Translations under genes and position numbers: made by a program
DNA from: Promethearchaeota archaeon
Lineage (GTDB): Archaea; Asgardarchaeota; Lokiarchaeia; Sigyniarchaeales; SOKP01
Length of the DNA: 64,000 bases
Direction: 5' to 3'
Assembly (NCBI GenBank): GCA_019058365.1
Contig: JAHPZE010000023.1
Coordinates: forward strand, 1-64,000
Shown: piece by piece, positions 20,101 to 29,443 of the stretch
How the letters are laid out: every line of letters starts with the position of its first letter
How positions within the stretch are numbered: the stretch's first letter is position 1
The notes under the pieces: model-generated
Told to the model about the DNA's origin: nothing
The model's database searches: none
What the model saw: only the letters and a program-made list of their open reading frames with translations

Positions 20101-20375
20101 GTGTTCATTATAAATTCCTTATGATAAACATGATTTCGCAAAGAAATTACACTGTATTTAAGAACAAATTTATTTAAATTTGCTTTATTCTTCCAATTTG
20201 TTCCTTAAAACAAAAATTGAGCTCTTTTTAAAAATTTTTTAAATTCTTAAATTATAACACTTATTTCCATAAGAATTGATTAGTTACAACATCCCTACAG
20301 TAAAAAAGTAGCACTATTTCAATTTGTTATTGATATTTAATCATGTAAATAAAAAATCTGAATTTGTGCCCTTAC

Positions 20376-20960
20376 TTAATGTTTTCCAAGTATAAGCTTA
20401 ATGGATTTTACCCAAACATTTTGAACTTCCTTTTTTTCAGCTCCGAGGATCAAACTACCGATTAATCCTATCAAAAGGGCTATAATTGACATCGATTGAG
20501 AATGGATATCTATTTCATTTCCAAGAATTTCTTCTAATTTCATTTTTTCCATATAATTTGAAAGTGTCTCGATATTCTTATCATAATTTTCTTTAATTAT
20601 ATCTCTAATAAAAGCATCATGAGAAGATTCCGAGATAAATTCAAAACTTAATCTGAAATTATTCTTATGATCTGATAGAGCTCGATTAAAGAGACCCTCA
20701 AGACCATCTATTATTTTTTTATCTTTCAGTGAGGATACTATAATTTCATTTAGAGTTTCTTGCCATTTTTCGATTATTGCTTTGAAAAGTTCATATTTAC
20801 TCGGAAAATAAAGGTACAATGCACCCTTACTGATTCCTAGCTTCTTACCGATATCTTTCATGGTTGTTTTAGTATATCCTTTCTCTGAGAAAACCTGTAA
20901 AGCGGCTTCAATGATTTTCTTTTTTGCATGTTCTTTATATTCAGCAAAAACTTTGGGCAT
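20376..20960 (-). CDS. TetR/AcrR family transcriptional regulator
   Basis: MPKV...IIEAALQVFSEKGYTKTTMKDIGKKLGISKGALYLYFPSKYELF HTH. The true start is probably ATG 20960. Confidence 0.92.
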   Translation of the reverse strand: MPKVFAEYKEHAKKKIIEAALQVFSEKGYTKTTMKDIGKKLGISKGALYLYFPSKYELFKAIIEKWQETLNEIIVSSLKDKKIIDGLEGLFNRALSDHKNNFRLSFEFISESSHDAFIRDIIKENYDKNIETLSNYMEKMKLEEILGNEIDIHSQSMSIIALLIGLIGSLILGAEKKEVQNVWVKSIKLILGKH

Positions 20961-21025
20961 ATGTATCACATAGGATGAATCAAGATAATTTATAAAGTTA
21001 TTCACGAGGTTTTTAAAGTGAATGA

Positions 21026-21059
21026 AAAGTATAAATACTGACCAATGATTCATTTTTAT
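21026..21059 (+). promoter_or_regulatory. Promoter/operator element of the tauE-like gene (probably a leaderless transcript)
   Basis: AAAGTATAAATACTGACCAATGATTCATTTTTAT ends just before the ATG at 21061 and matches 20067-20100. Confidence 0.7.
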
Positions 21060-21060
21060 T

Positions 21061-21858
21061 ATGTCTGAAACATTAATTATTTACATCTTCTTACCAATTA
21101 TAGGTTTTTTTATAGGATTATTGGTAACTATGTGGGGAGCGGGAGGTGGTGGCTTATATGTCCCTATTCTAATACTCCTTTTTGGTATTGAACCACAGAT
21201 AGCTATAGCAACATCACTTATAACTATCATACCTGTTACCTTAATAGGTTCTGCAAGTCACTGGAAAGAGAGAAATGTAAATGTGAAAGTTGGATTAATT
21301 TTCGCAACGGGAGGTCTTGTAGGCGCTTTATTAGGTACATATTTATCTAATCTCATTCCGGGTCCTACTCTCGAGAAAATCATAGCTTTTTTTCTAATAG
21401 GAATTAGTATCCTGATGTTATTTGGAGGAAAGGGGAAAATTGATAAAGTTCAGAAAAAAGATTTATCAGAACCCATACCTAAAATTAATAGAAAAACAAT
21501 TTTCATTGGTATAACATTTGGTTTTGTTTCAGGATTAATGTCGGGTCTTGCGGGATTGAGTGGATCGCCACCAATCATAGGAGGGTTATATCTTTTGAAT
21601 TATCCATTAGAAACAGTTGTAGGAACATCAGTTTTTATAACATTGTTTAATGCTACTTTTGCTGCAATTGGTTATGGATGGTTTGGTCAATTTAATCTAA
21701 TTATTACTTTGTTGCTTGGTCTAGGAGCGTCAATGGGAGCATTCATAGGACCAAAAGTATTAAATAAAATCAAAGGAAGAAAGCTTGAGAAAATATATAT
21801 GCCCACATTTGTGGCTGTAATGATAATAATGGGAGTCATGTTGCTGTTAGATATTTAA
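21061..21858 (+). CDS. Sulfite exporter TauE/SafE (TSUP) family protein
   Basis: GAGGGGLYVP, AIATSL, second repeat GLAGLSG..P, VGTS, about 8 TM helices. Confidence 0.88.
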   Translation: MSETLIIYIFLPIIGFFIGLLVTMWGAGGGGLYVPILILLFGIEPQIAIATSLITIIPVTLIGSASHWKERNVNVKVGLIFATGGLVGALLGTYLSNLIPGPTLEKIIAFFLIGISILMLFGGKGKIDKVQKKDLSEPIPKINRKTIFIGITFGFVSGLMSGLAGLSGSPPIIGGLYLLNYPLETVVGTSVFITLFNATFAAIGYGWFGQFNLIITLLLGLGASMGAFIGPKVLNKIKGRKLEKIYMPTFVAVMIIMGVMLLLDI

Positions 21859-21962
21859 TAATGATATATAGATTATTGATCTATAGATTATTAATAATAG
21901 AAATGCTAACTGTAATATTATTGACCTTAATCTATCAAATATTAAAAACAATTCTTTTATAA

Positions 21963-22259
21963 GGTTAGCATAAATGACTTTATCGTCGATAAATTCTTTT
22001 TTCTCCTCATGATTTCCCTCAATCGTATCATAAACAATCATGAATTCTTCCCATAAAGCAACATCAAACCACAACCTTCATTATAGAGAGTTCTTACTAT
22101 TTTTGATTCGGGATTAGCTTTTATTACATAAAATGGTTTTACATCAGGGAGATACTTGCAGAATTTATAATAGTTCGCTTTTATCGAGTCATGAGCAATA
22201 AAAATCAAGGGAGTACCATTTGCATTCACTAGGTCTAATAGAGTTGATTTATCAATCAT
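21963..22259 (-). pseudogene. Truncated, frameshifted 5' fragment of the ornithine decarboxylase gene
   Basis: MIDKSTLLDLVNANGTPL...PFYVIKANP, then a 1-nt deletion (CAAATCCAC to CAAACCAC) and FDVALWEEF..KVIYAN in another frame, where homology ends. Confidence 0.9.
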
Positions 22260-22711
22260 TTTCTAACATGTTAATTTTTAATGAATTTAATGGTCCATGG
22301 TTAAAATCTTTTTTAATTGAGCAAACTATGATTTAAACGTGGTTTAAATAAGGTACGACTGAGCTAAACGATAGATATTTTTCCTAATGTTTTTACAAAA
22401 TAAAATGTTTCTTCATTTAATCTAAAAGAAAAGATTACAACAAACGGGTGTAAGAGTGGTTTTTATGAAGACTAAATTTTTGGAAAAACAGATGCGTAAA
22501 CGGGTATTCAGAGCTATGCAAGATTATAGAAAAAATACTCAAGAAACGATTAAAGCCTTACCAGAATCGCCAGAATTTGGATTCTTTACATGGTTTAGAA
22601 TTTTTCAGGAGAAGAATATTAAAGCTAAAATTAGAATATCGATTCGGGCTTTACCCTATGTCCTAAGAGCGATATTAGGTATCCGAAAATCCTTCAAAAG
22701 CCTTAAGAAAA
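21963..22711 (+). repeat. ~750-bp diverged direct repeat, copy 2 (partner 16937-17689)
   Basis: Same shared blocks as copy 1, offset about 5.02 kb. Confidence 0.92.
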
Positions 22712-23394
22712 ATCCAAAAAATGCCTTAACTTCAATTACTACAGAAGATTTGCATGAATTAGAAGAATATGCGAAGTCTCTCGATGTAGATAAAATAGGA
22801 TATACGAAGCTTACGCCCGAGCTTATACTTGAAAGCCAAGAACTTTTGTATGATAATATAATTGTATTGATAAAGGAGATGGATAAAAATCTCATAGCGC
22901 TTGCACCTCATAAAAAAACCATGGTAATGATTATGAAAACATATTATCAGATGGGTAAGCAAGCTAATAAGATTGCTAAATTTTTACGTAAAAAAGGGTA
23001 TAGTTGCCATGCAGGTCCTGCTCTTGGAGGGTTATCTTTATATCCTGTACTTGCTCAAAGAGCAGATTTAGGGGCGATCGGACGGCATGGGTTATTAATT
23101 ACCCCCGAATTTGGGCCTAGACAGCGTATCGCAGTGATATATACAAACATTACTAATCTTCCCATCGCCAAGTCTAATTCTTATGGGTGGATTCCTGAGT
23201 TTTGCAAAAAATGCGTGAGATGTATGGAAGCTTGCCCTACAAAAGCAATTTACGATACACCCATTCAAAAGGCTCATGGAAGGTTAACCCATATCGATGT
23301 GGAAAAATGTGCACAAGGGTTCCTTAATTATGGGTGTAGTATATGTATAAAAGAATGTACCTTTAATAAAAATCCTCCCGAAAAGATGAGGTAA
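22456..23394 (+). CDS. Reductive dehalogenase/epoxyqueuosine reductase (QueG)-like cobalamin, 2x[4Fe-4S] protein
   Basis: LGAIGRHGLLITPEFGPRQRIAVIYT, FCKKCVRCMEACPTKAI, C...GCSICIKEC. No Tat signal is visible. Confidence 0.82.
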   Translation: MVFMKTKFLEKQMRKRVFRAMQDYRKNTQETIKALPESPEFGFFTWFRIFQEKNIKAKIRISIRALPYVLRAILGIRKSFKSLKKNPKNALTSITTEDLHELEEYAKSLDVDKIGYTKLTPELILESQELLYDNIIVLIKEMDKNLIALAPHKKTMVMIMKTYYQMGKQANKIAKFLRKKGYSCHAGPALGGLSLYPVLAQRADLGAIGRHGLLITPEFGPRQRIAVIYTNITNLPIAKSNSYGWIPEFCKKCVRCMEACPTKAIYDTPIQKAHGRLTHIDVEKCAQGFLNYGCSICIKECTFNKNPPEKMR

Positions 23395-23657
23395 ATTTCT
23401 TTCTTTTCAAACGAAGATTTTTTCCTTTAATTCATAGGACAAAATAGAAAAAAGTTGAAATGCTTTATATTTATATTATTTTCCATTAATTTCCAAGAAA
23501 AAAATGAAAAACTAATTAATTCTTTACAATATATTTAAATATCCGACTTTTTATGGGTAGTATTACTTAATATTTTGTTAAAAAAGGTATATTAGGCGAT
23601 ATTATACTTTAAAGAGAAACATAATAAAAAGCTTAGAAGAGACTGGATAGGATTAAA

Positions 23658-24212
23658 ATGTATGAAGCAATTTTAAAAACCGTCATTTTGGGTGATGTAG
23701 GTACTGGTAAGACAACATTATTAAAAAGATTTATTAATAATGTATTTGATTCAAATTGTATGAGGACAATTGGAGTTGACTTCCAAACTAAGGACTTTAA
23801 TCTTAATGGAAAGGAATTAAAATTAATGATTTGGGATTTCGCCGGGCAACAAAGATTTAGTTATATGTTTCCTGAATACTTAAATGGTGCTTTGGGAGGC
23901 ATTTTGATGTATGATATCACAAATTACGCTTCCTTTTATCATATTGGCAAGTGGTTATCACTAATACAAGAAAATAATCAAAAATTTCCAATTATATTAC
24001 TTGGTACTAAGTTGGATTTAGATAGTTTTAGAGAAATTCCTCATGAAGTTGGAGTGAGGGTTGCTAAATCGTTGGGTTTAAACGGATTTATTGAATGTTC
24101 TAGTAAAACTGGTGAGAATATAGAGCTGCTATTCGAAACATTAATGCAATTAATGTTAAATAACGCTTTAATCAACGAAAGAGAAATAATAGAACTTGAA
24201 GAAATGTGTTGA
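23658..24212 (+). CDS. Rab-like small GTPase with intact G motifs
   Basis: GDVGTGKT, TIGVDF, WDFAGQ, GTKLD, ECSSKTG. Confidence 0.93.
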   Translation: MYEAILKTVILGDVGTGKTTLLKRFINNVFDSNCMRTIGVDFQTKDFNLNGKELKLMIWDFAGQQRFSYMFPEYLNGALGGILMYDITNYASFYHIGKWLSLIQENNQKFPIILLGTKLDLDSFREIPHEVGVRVAKSLGLNGFIECSSKTGENIELLFETLMQLMLNNALINEREIIELEEMC

Positions 24213-24546
24213 AATTTTAAATTTGAAAGCACTTAGATAAATTATAATTTAGAATTTGTCTGTTTTTGTTCTGGGTGTAATCTTGTTTATTTTAGCCTTG
24301 AGTTCAGCAATTTCTATATAAAAATGAACTTTGGTTTATTTTTTATGGAAATATTATATTGTCTGAATTAATATCATCTAGAAAAAACTAATGAGTTATA
24401 TGTCATCTTAATAAAATAGGAATTATCTATAAGTTCTTATAAAAGTATAATATTGAATTGAATGTGAAATATATATAGTTAGATTTTTTTGTCAATAATT
24501 GGGAAAGCTAAAATACCCAATGTAAATATTTCTTTATTGTGAAAAG

Positions 24547-25068
24547 ATGTCAAATTTTAAATTAAAAGTGTTACTCACAGGTGCGGAAACAGCAGGCAAA
24601 ACACATTTAATTCAGAAAATCACAAAAAATAAATTTCAAACGAATTATAAACTAACCGTAGGGGTTGATATCCTCACAAAAGATGTTGAATTTAAACAGG
24701 GAGAAACTGCAACGTTAAGTATTTGGGATATAGGAAACCAAGAACGTTTTAAATTTATCCGTCGTGCGTTTTATAAAGGATCAGCTGGCGCATTATTAAT
24801 TTTTGATTTAACACGCGAACAGACATTAATTGAAATAAGAAAATTGTTTACAGAAATTAAAAAATTGGTAGGTTCTATTCCTTTTGTTTTAATCGGAAAT
24901 AATATTCAATCAAATAATCTGAAAGATAAAGCAATAATCAGCAAAAATGCTCGAGAATTTGCTAAAAATGAGGGAGGGATCTATATTGAAACATCTCCGA
25001 CCAATATCGATGTTCTTGAAGGGGTAGTTCGTAATTTTACTCGTAAAATTATAGAATCAAGGGCATAG
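24547..25068 (+). CDS. Rab-like small GTPase with degenerate G3/G4
   Basis: GAETAGKT, TVGVDI, WDIGNQERF, GNNIQ in place of NKxD, ETS. Confidence 0.85.
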   Translation: MSNFKLKVLLTGAETAGKTHLIQKITKNKFQTNYKLTVGVDILTKDVEFKQGETATLSIWDIGNQERFKFIRRAFYKGSAGALLIFDLTREQTLIEIRKLFTEIKKLVGSIPFVLIGNNIQSNNLKDKAIISKNAREFAKNEGGIYIETSPTNIDVLEGVVRNFTRKIIESRA

Positions 25069-25378
25069 ATTAATTATAATTCTCAATCTCATCATGCTGT
25101 GTAATAGCTTAAACACTTGTTATATGAGTATTCTATCAGGTTCTGTAAAATGTGTACATAAAAAAAGTTAATAAGGCAGCGTCAAAAAGAACAAGGAAAA
25201 TTGAGAAGATTTACTATTTTTACCTTTAAAATATTTAGATTTGGAATAAGGCATGTTAGAAATATAAAAATAAAAGGATTTATATTTTTAAGATTAATTC
25301 ATAAATAAATATTTATTAAAACAACTTATAGTTATTAACGCTAATTAAATTAATTCTAATTAAATCAAGCGGAGCAAT

Positions 25379-26989
25379 GTGATGTTTGATAAGAGAAAAA
25401 TTATTGCTTTGATTGTAATCATCGCTGTTATAGGAACTTCGTTTTTAATTTACTTTCTAATTATTCCAGAAGAAAAAGAAGAACCTATATTCAAAGGGGG
25501 CACTTTAACTGAAGATGAAACCTGGTCTGGAGCTATTTTTGTAAGTGAGAGTGTTGTAGTACCCAGTAATATCACGTTAACAATAATGCCAGGAACGGAG
25601 ATTTTATGTAAACCAAGCCGAGATTATAGAAGTAGAGAAACTGTAGGCTTCCTAATAAGTGGAGGGACTATAATAGCAATTGGGACGTCAGAAAAACGAA
25701 TATGGTTTACGGTTGATGATGAAATGCCAATTAATGGTGATTGGGGAGGTATAGAATTGTATCAATCGAATAGTTCAATATTTAAATACGTTATTGTGGA
25801 ATATTCCATAATAGGAATAGCCCAATTTTATTCTCGAGTAAATATTAGCCATTCAATCGTGCGTTGGGTAAACTTAGAGGGAATTTACATGGAACACTCA
25901 ACCCCCTTAATTGAATATAATTTGTTATACCAAAATGGATATCACGAGATATCGATAGAGCAATATAATTATGATGTAATAATACGTAATAATATTTTTG
26001 CTGGAGGTCATGTACCCTTTATTACCATTGATTCAAATGTGACTCTTGAAGGGAATTATTTTTATAATTACAGTTCAATAGATACAATAGCAATACAAGT
26101 TGCTGGATTCTCAAACGCCACGATAATTAGAAACAAGTTCGATGGATTCACAAATGAGACCGCATTCAAAAAATTGGTAGAAACTGCTTTTTTAATAAGC
26201 ATCGACAATGATTTAGGCAATGGAACGGTTCTGATTCCAGAACTTGATTTTAATGATGTTAAACACCATGATTTGGGATATATTCCGGGAGATCCCGAAG
26301 ATCAGTACATGTATGTTTATCCTTCGGAAGATGAAACTCGTAGGGTAATCAGCAGAATAGGAGCAGGACTAGGATTTGGTTGGGCTGTGGAATACGCTGA
26401 TGGATATGTCTGGAAAATGGAGACTGGTAATTTAATTAAAATTGATCCTATTTTAGGCAATTACACACAATATCCTGTGAATGCCTCTGAAATTTTGGGA
26501 CCAAGAGGTCTTTGTTTTGATGGAGAATTTTTTTGGGTTCAAGATCAATCTCAATTTAAAATTATTAAGTTTAAATTCAATGGAACTGATGTTATTATCA
26601 ATAATTCGTTCACCATCCCAGAAAGTGAAAAGGGTGGTCGCAGCGGTTTAGCAACTGATGGATCATATCTTTATATTGCGAACATGGGAGGTACACTTTT
26701 ATATGAACTTTATAAAAATGGAACTACACGTCGAACAATCCCAATAGGGGCACTTGACCTTGTTGGTCCTTTTACGTGGAATGGTACACACTTCTGGTCT
26801 AGTAATGGCAATAAACTTATAGCCTGGACAAAAGAGGGAAATATCGTTGGGCAGATATATGATGTCGCAGCGGGGTGTTCTGGTTTAACTTGGGATGGAA
26901 CAAATCTATGGGGCCTTTATAAGACTTGTGAATTATGGAATGATGCAAAATTTTTTCAAATCGAGATATTGGACGATTCTTTTATTTAA
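25379..26989 (+). CDS. Membrane-anchored surface protein: right-handed beta-helix plus beta-propeller (glutaminyl-cyclase-like repeats)
   Basis: N-terminal TM helix, LTIMPGT and WGGI..., NN-rich beta-helix strands, repeats GLCFDGEFFW, GLATDGSYLY, FTWNGTHFW, GLTWDGTNLW. Confidence 0.7.
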   Translation: MMFDKRKIIALIVIIAVIGTSFLIYFLIIPEEKEEPIFKGGTLTEDETWSGAIFVSESVVVPSNITLTIMPGTEILCKPSRDYRSRETVGFLISGGTIIAIGTSEKRIWFTVDDEMPINGDWGGIELYQSNSSIFKYVIVEYSIIGIAQFYSRVNISHSIVRWVNLEGIYMEHSTPLIEYNLLYQNGYHEISIEQYNYDVIIRNNIFAGGHVPFITIDSNVTLEGNYFYNYSSIDTIAIQVAGFSNATIIRNKFDGFTNETAFKKLVETAFLISIDNDLGNGTVLIPELDFNDVKHHDLGYIPGDPEDQYMYVYPSEDETRRVISRIGAGLGFGWAVEYADGYVWKMETGNLIKIDPILGNYTQYPVNASEILGPRGLCFDGEFFWVQDQSQFKIIKFKFNGTDVIINNSFTIPESEKGGRSGLATDGSYLYIANMGGTLLYELYKNGTTRRTIPIGALDLVGPFTWNGTHFWSSNGNKLIAWTKEGNIVGQIYDVAAGCSGLTWDGTNLWGLYKTCELWNDAKFFQIEILDDSFI

Positions 26990-27190
26990 CTCTTTCAATA
27001 CTTTAAGATTCAATACTTGGATATTTCAACCCTTTGGATTTGTTGTTTTAGATAAATTATGAGATAAATCTACACTGGAAAGCATTTAGTTTCAAAAATC
27101 TTTCTTTTTGGTAGTTATTTTAAATGTTCTTTTATTTTTAAGTTAAATACGATAAAATAATTCACGAAAAACACATATATTTTATTATTT

Positions 27191-28039
27191 TTATTTTGAT
27201 TTCACTATTTCATTTAAATAGGTTTTGAAAAGAGATTTATCTTTTATAAAGCCTTCTGTTAATGAAATTTTTCTTGACTTATTTTTTAACCATAGAAATG
27301 TTTTTCTAAGCCATTGGATATTATTATAGCCTTCAAATACTAAACACTGCTGAAAGTCTATAATATTGTTCACTTCTGGTAAAAAAAGTACTCCTATATC
27401 GTTTGCAATAGCTATGTAAAAATTGCATTCATCAATTAAAAAAAGCTCAATATTTTCTAATTTTGAGAAGCTTAGGAAATATTCAAAGTTTTTATAATTA
27501 ATAAATTTAATAAAATTCTCATAATTTGTAATAATTTCAATCCTTTCGATTTCAAACTCCGATTCGCTAAATCGCATCATTTTTTCTTCTAAATCGAGGT
27601 TAAAAACTCCCGCAAGTTGGATTTTTGAGAATTTTTTTGCAAATTTATTTTTCATTAAAGAAAGTAGAGCTATCATGTCAGGGATGACCTTTAATTCCAA
27701 AAAAGAAAAATCGTTTAACAATTTGGCATTATTTATAGGTAGATCATGAGTTTTCAAAAAAGGAATTAGAGGTTCTAATTTTGAGAGATTGTGAAAAGCA
27801 CTCCATATCAGTTTAGTATATGCATTACTTTTGTATTGATAATTAATGTGTGATATTAATCCGAGATCAGCTAATTGTTTAATATGATATTCGAAGGTAG
27901 AGGGCATAATTTTCAATTGTTTTGCGATCTCATTAAAGTGGAATGATCCATTATTATTCATTAAAAAATTAAGAACTTTTATACGCTTTTTAGATTTAAA
28001 TAAACCAAACAATTTGTTATTTAGTTCAAACTCATTCAT
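27191..28039 (-). CDS. Winged-helix (ArsR-like N-terminus) transcriptional regulator
   Basis: RIKVLNFL...FNEIAKQLKIMPSTFEYHIKQLADLGLI plus a C-terminal effector-type domain. Confidence 0.8.
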   Translation of the reverse strand: MNEFELNNKLFGLFKSKKRIKVLNFLMNNNGSFHFNEIAKQLKIMPSTFEYHIKQLADLGLISHINYQYKSNAYTKLIWSAFHNLSKLEPLIPFLKTHDLPINNAKLLNDFSFLELKVIPDMIALLSLMKNKFAKKFSKIQLAGVFNLDLEEKMMRFSESEFEIERIEIITNYENFIKFINYKNFEYFLSFSKLENIELFLIDECNFYIAIANDIGVLFLPEVNNIIDFQQCLVFEGYNNIQWLRKTFLWLKNKSRKISLTEGFIKDKSLFKTYLNEIVKSK

Positions 28040-28137
28040 TATTTAAAATAATATTATTATAAAGAAAAATCTTCGTTAAACACCTTCATTTCTCTAAGTA
28101 TTCAATTTAGTTAAAAACTATGACATTTTTAAATTTA

Positions 28138-28153
28138 TACGAAATTTTTCGTA
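28138..28153. promoter_or_regulatory. Candidate operator TACGAAA-TT-TTTCGTA
   Basis: 7-2-7 inverted repeat in the divergent spacer between the wHTH regulator and the ICMT triad. Confidence 0.4.
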
Positions 28154-28261
28154 TTATTCGAAAATATTTTCAAGATACAGTTCCTCTGCTATACATTTTT
28201 AAATATAATGAACTTCTTATAGATGATAAATTAGTAAAAAATTTGACTTATAAATTTTTGA

Positions 28262-28873
28262 ATGAAAGGTGTAAATATGATTATTGCTATAATAAATTTT
28301 AGTTCCTTTATGGTCGCTTGTTTGATTATGAGTTATCTATATATCCCAAGTATCCAACCTATAAAGAGAACAGAGAAATATGGTGAAAAAGCATGGAGTG
28401 ATTGTAAAAAATTTCGAAGTATAGGGGGGCTTTTTGAATTAATTGCAGTAATTAATTTAATAATTTGGATCTGGTTTCCACTACCTTTAGTAGGCAAATG
28501 GATAATAAGTCCGAATATCTGGGTTGGAATTATTATCGCAATTTGTATTATCATTCCCTGTTGCACTATTTTATATTTAGGGGTAAAGGCTGCTGGCTCT
28601 GAGACTCTTAGTCCATCAAAAGATACTGAAATGTATGGGGGAATTTATAGATATATTCGACATCCTCAATCGTTAGGAGAATTTCCTCTCTTTGTCGCTT
28701 TAAGTTTTGCGATTAATTCATGGTTTTTCGTAATAATTTCATTATTATTTATTATAATTTATATTCCGATTATGATTCACTATGAGGAGAAAGATCTTAT
28801 TAAGCGATTCGGTGATAAATATCGTGAATATCAAAAAAATACGGGAGCATTGTTTCCAAAACTCAGAAAATGA
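28262..28873 (+). CDS. Isoprenylcysteine carboxyl methyltransferase (ICMT/PEMT) family membrane protein
   Basis: GGIYRYIRHPQ, EEKDLIKRFGDKYREYQKNTG..FP. Confidence 0.88.
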   Translation: MKGVNMIIAIINFSSFMVACLIMSYLYIPSIQPIKRTEKYGEKAWSDCKKFRSIGGLFELIAVINLIIWIWFPLPLVGKWIISPNIWVGIIIAICIIIPCCTILYLGVKAAGSETLSPSKDTEMYGGIYRYIRHPQSLGEFPLFVALSFAINSWFFVIISLLFIIIYIPIMIHYEEKDLIKRFGDKYREYQKNTGALFPKLRK

Positions 28874-28921
28874 CTTATTAATATCTAAGATTAAGAATTA
28901 AACATTTTTAATTAATAATTT

Positions 28922-29380
28922 ATGAAAACTACGAATACTAGTAAAGATTCAACATCAACGCGATTTATTAATAAAAATATCAAAGAAAATAGGTATTTAT
29001 TTTTTGCTGGAATTTGTTTTATGATCTATTCTCTCATTGAAATTTCTGATTGTATCTATTTAATCTTTATTCTTATGAATCTTGCGCCAAATCTTTATCT
29101 TAATATTGGAATAATTATCCCTGTAATTCGGCAAATTCTAACATATCAACCTATATTTTTTTTACCGTTCTTCCTAAGTTTTACTCTTCTACGAATTTTA
29201 TCAACAATAGGCATTTTTAAAAATTTTATATGGGGATTTTACATTGGTGTTGTTAGTTTAATTCTTACAATGATAATGACTTTGCTTTTTATGCCATTTG
29301 GATTTTTTGAGTTATTTTTCTGCAGTATTATCTTGGTTTTTCTTATTATTGGTTTTTTTGATAAACAACCGATTATTTGA
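28922..29380 (+). CDS. Hypothetical 4-TM protein (paralog of 31874-32308)
   Basis: IYSLIEISD, FTLLRILSTIG..KN..WGF and PFG.FE shared with the paralog. Confidence 0.75.
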   Translation: MKTTNTSKDSTSTRFINKNIKENRYLFFAGICFMIYSLIEISDCIYLIFILMNLAPNLYLNIGIIIPVIRQILTYQPIFFLPFFLSFTLLRILSTIGIFKNFIWGFYIGVVSLILTMIMTLLFMPFGFFELFFCSIILVFLIIGFFDKQPII

Positions 29381-29443
29381 TTTTCCTCGATTCTAATACG
29401 AAATAAAAATTATGTATTATTAAAATAAAAAATTATTACAATT

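Noticed and set aside
21847-22259. ORFs 21847-22074 and 22038-22259 as programmed frameshifting (antizyme-like) ODC regulation
   Set aside because: Homology ends after about 100 codons and a conserved motif is mutated (FDVAS to FDVAL). Simple decay of a duplicated fragment explains it.
16937-22711. Composite transposon or IS-flanked element
   Set aside because: The flanking repeats are host gene fragments. No transposase, integrase or terminal inverted repeats are visible.
24207-24236. TGT-TGA at the GTPase end read as Cys-Sec (selenocysteine readthrough)
   Set aside because: A GTPase tail is not a redox context, readthrough would add only a few residues, and I could not identify a SECIS-like hairpin downstream.
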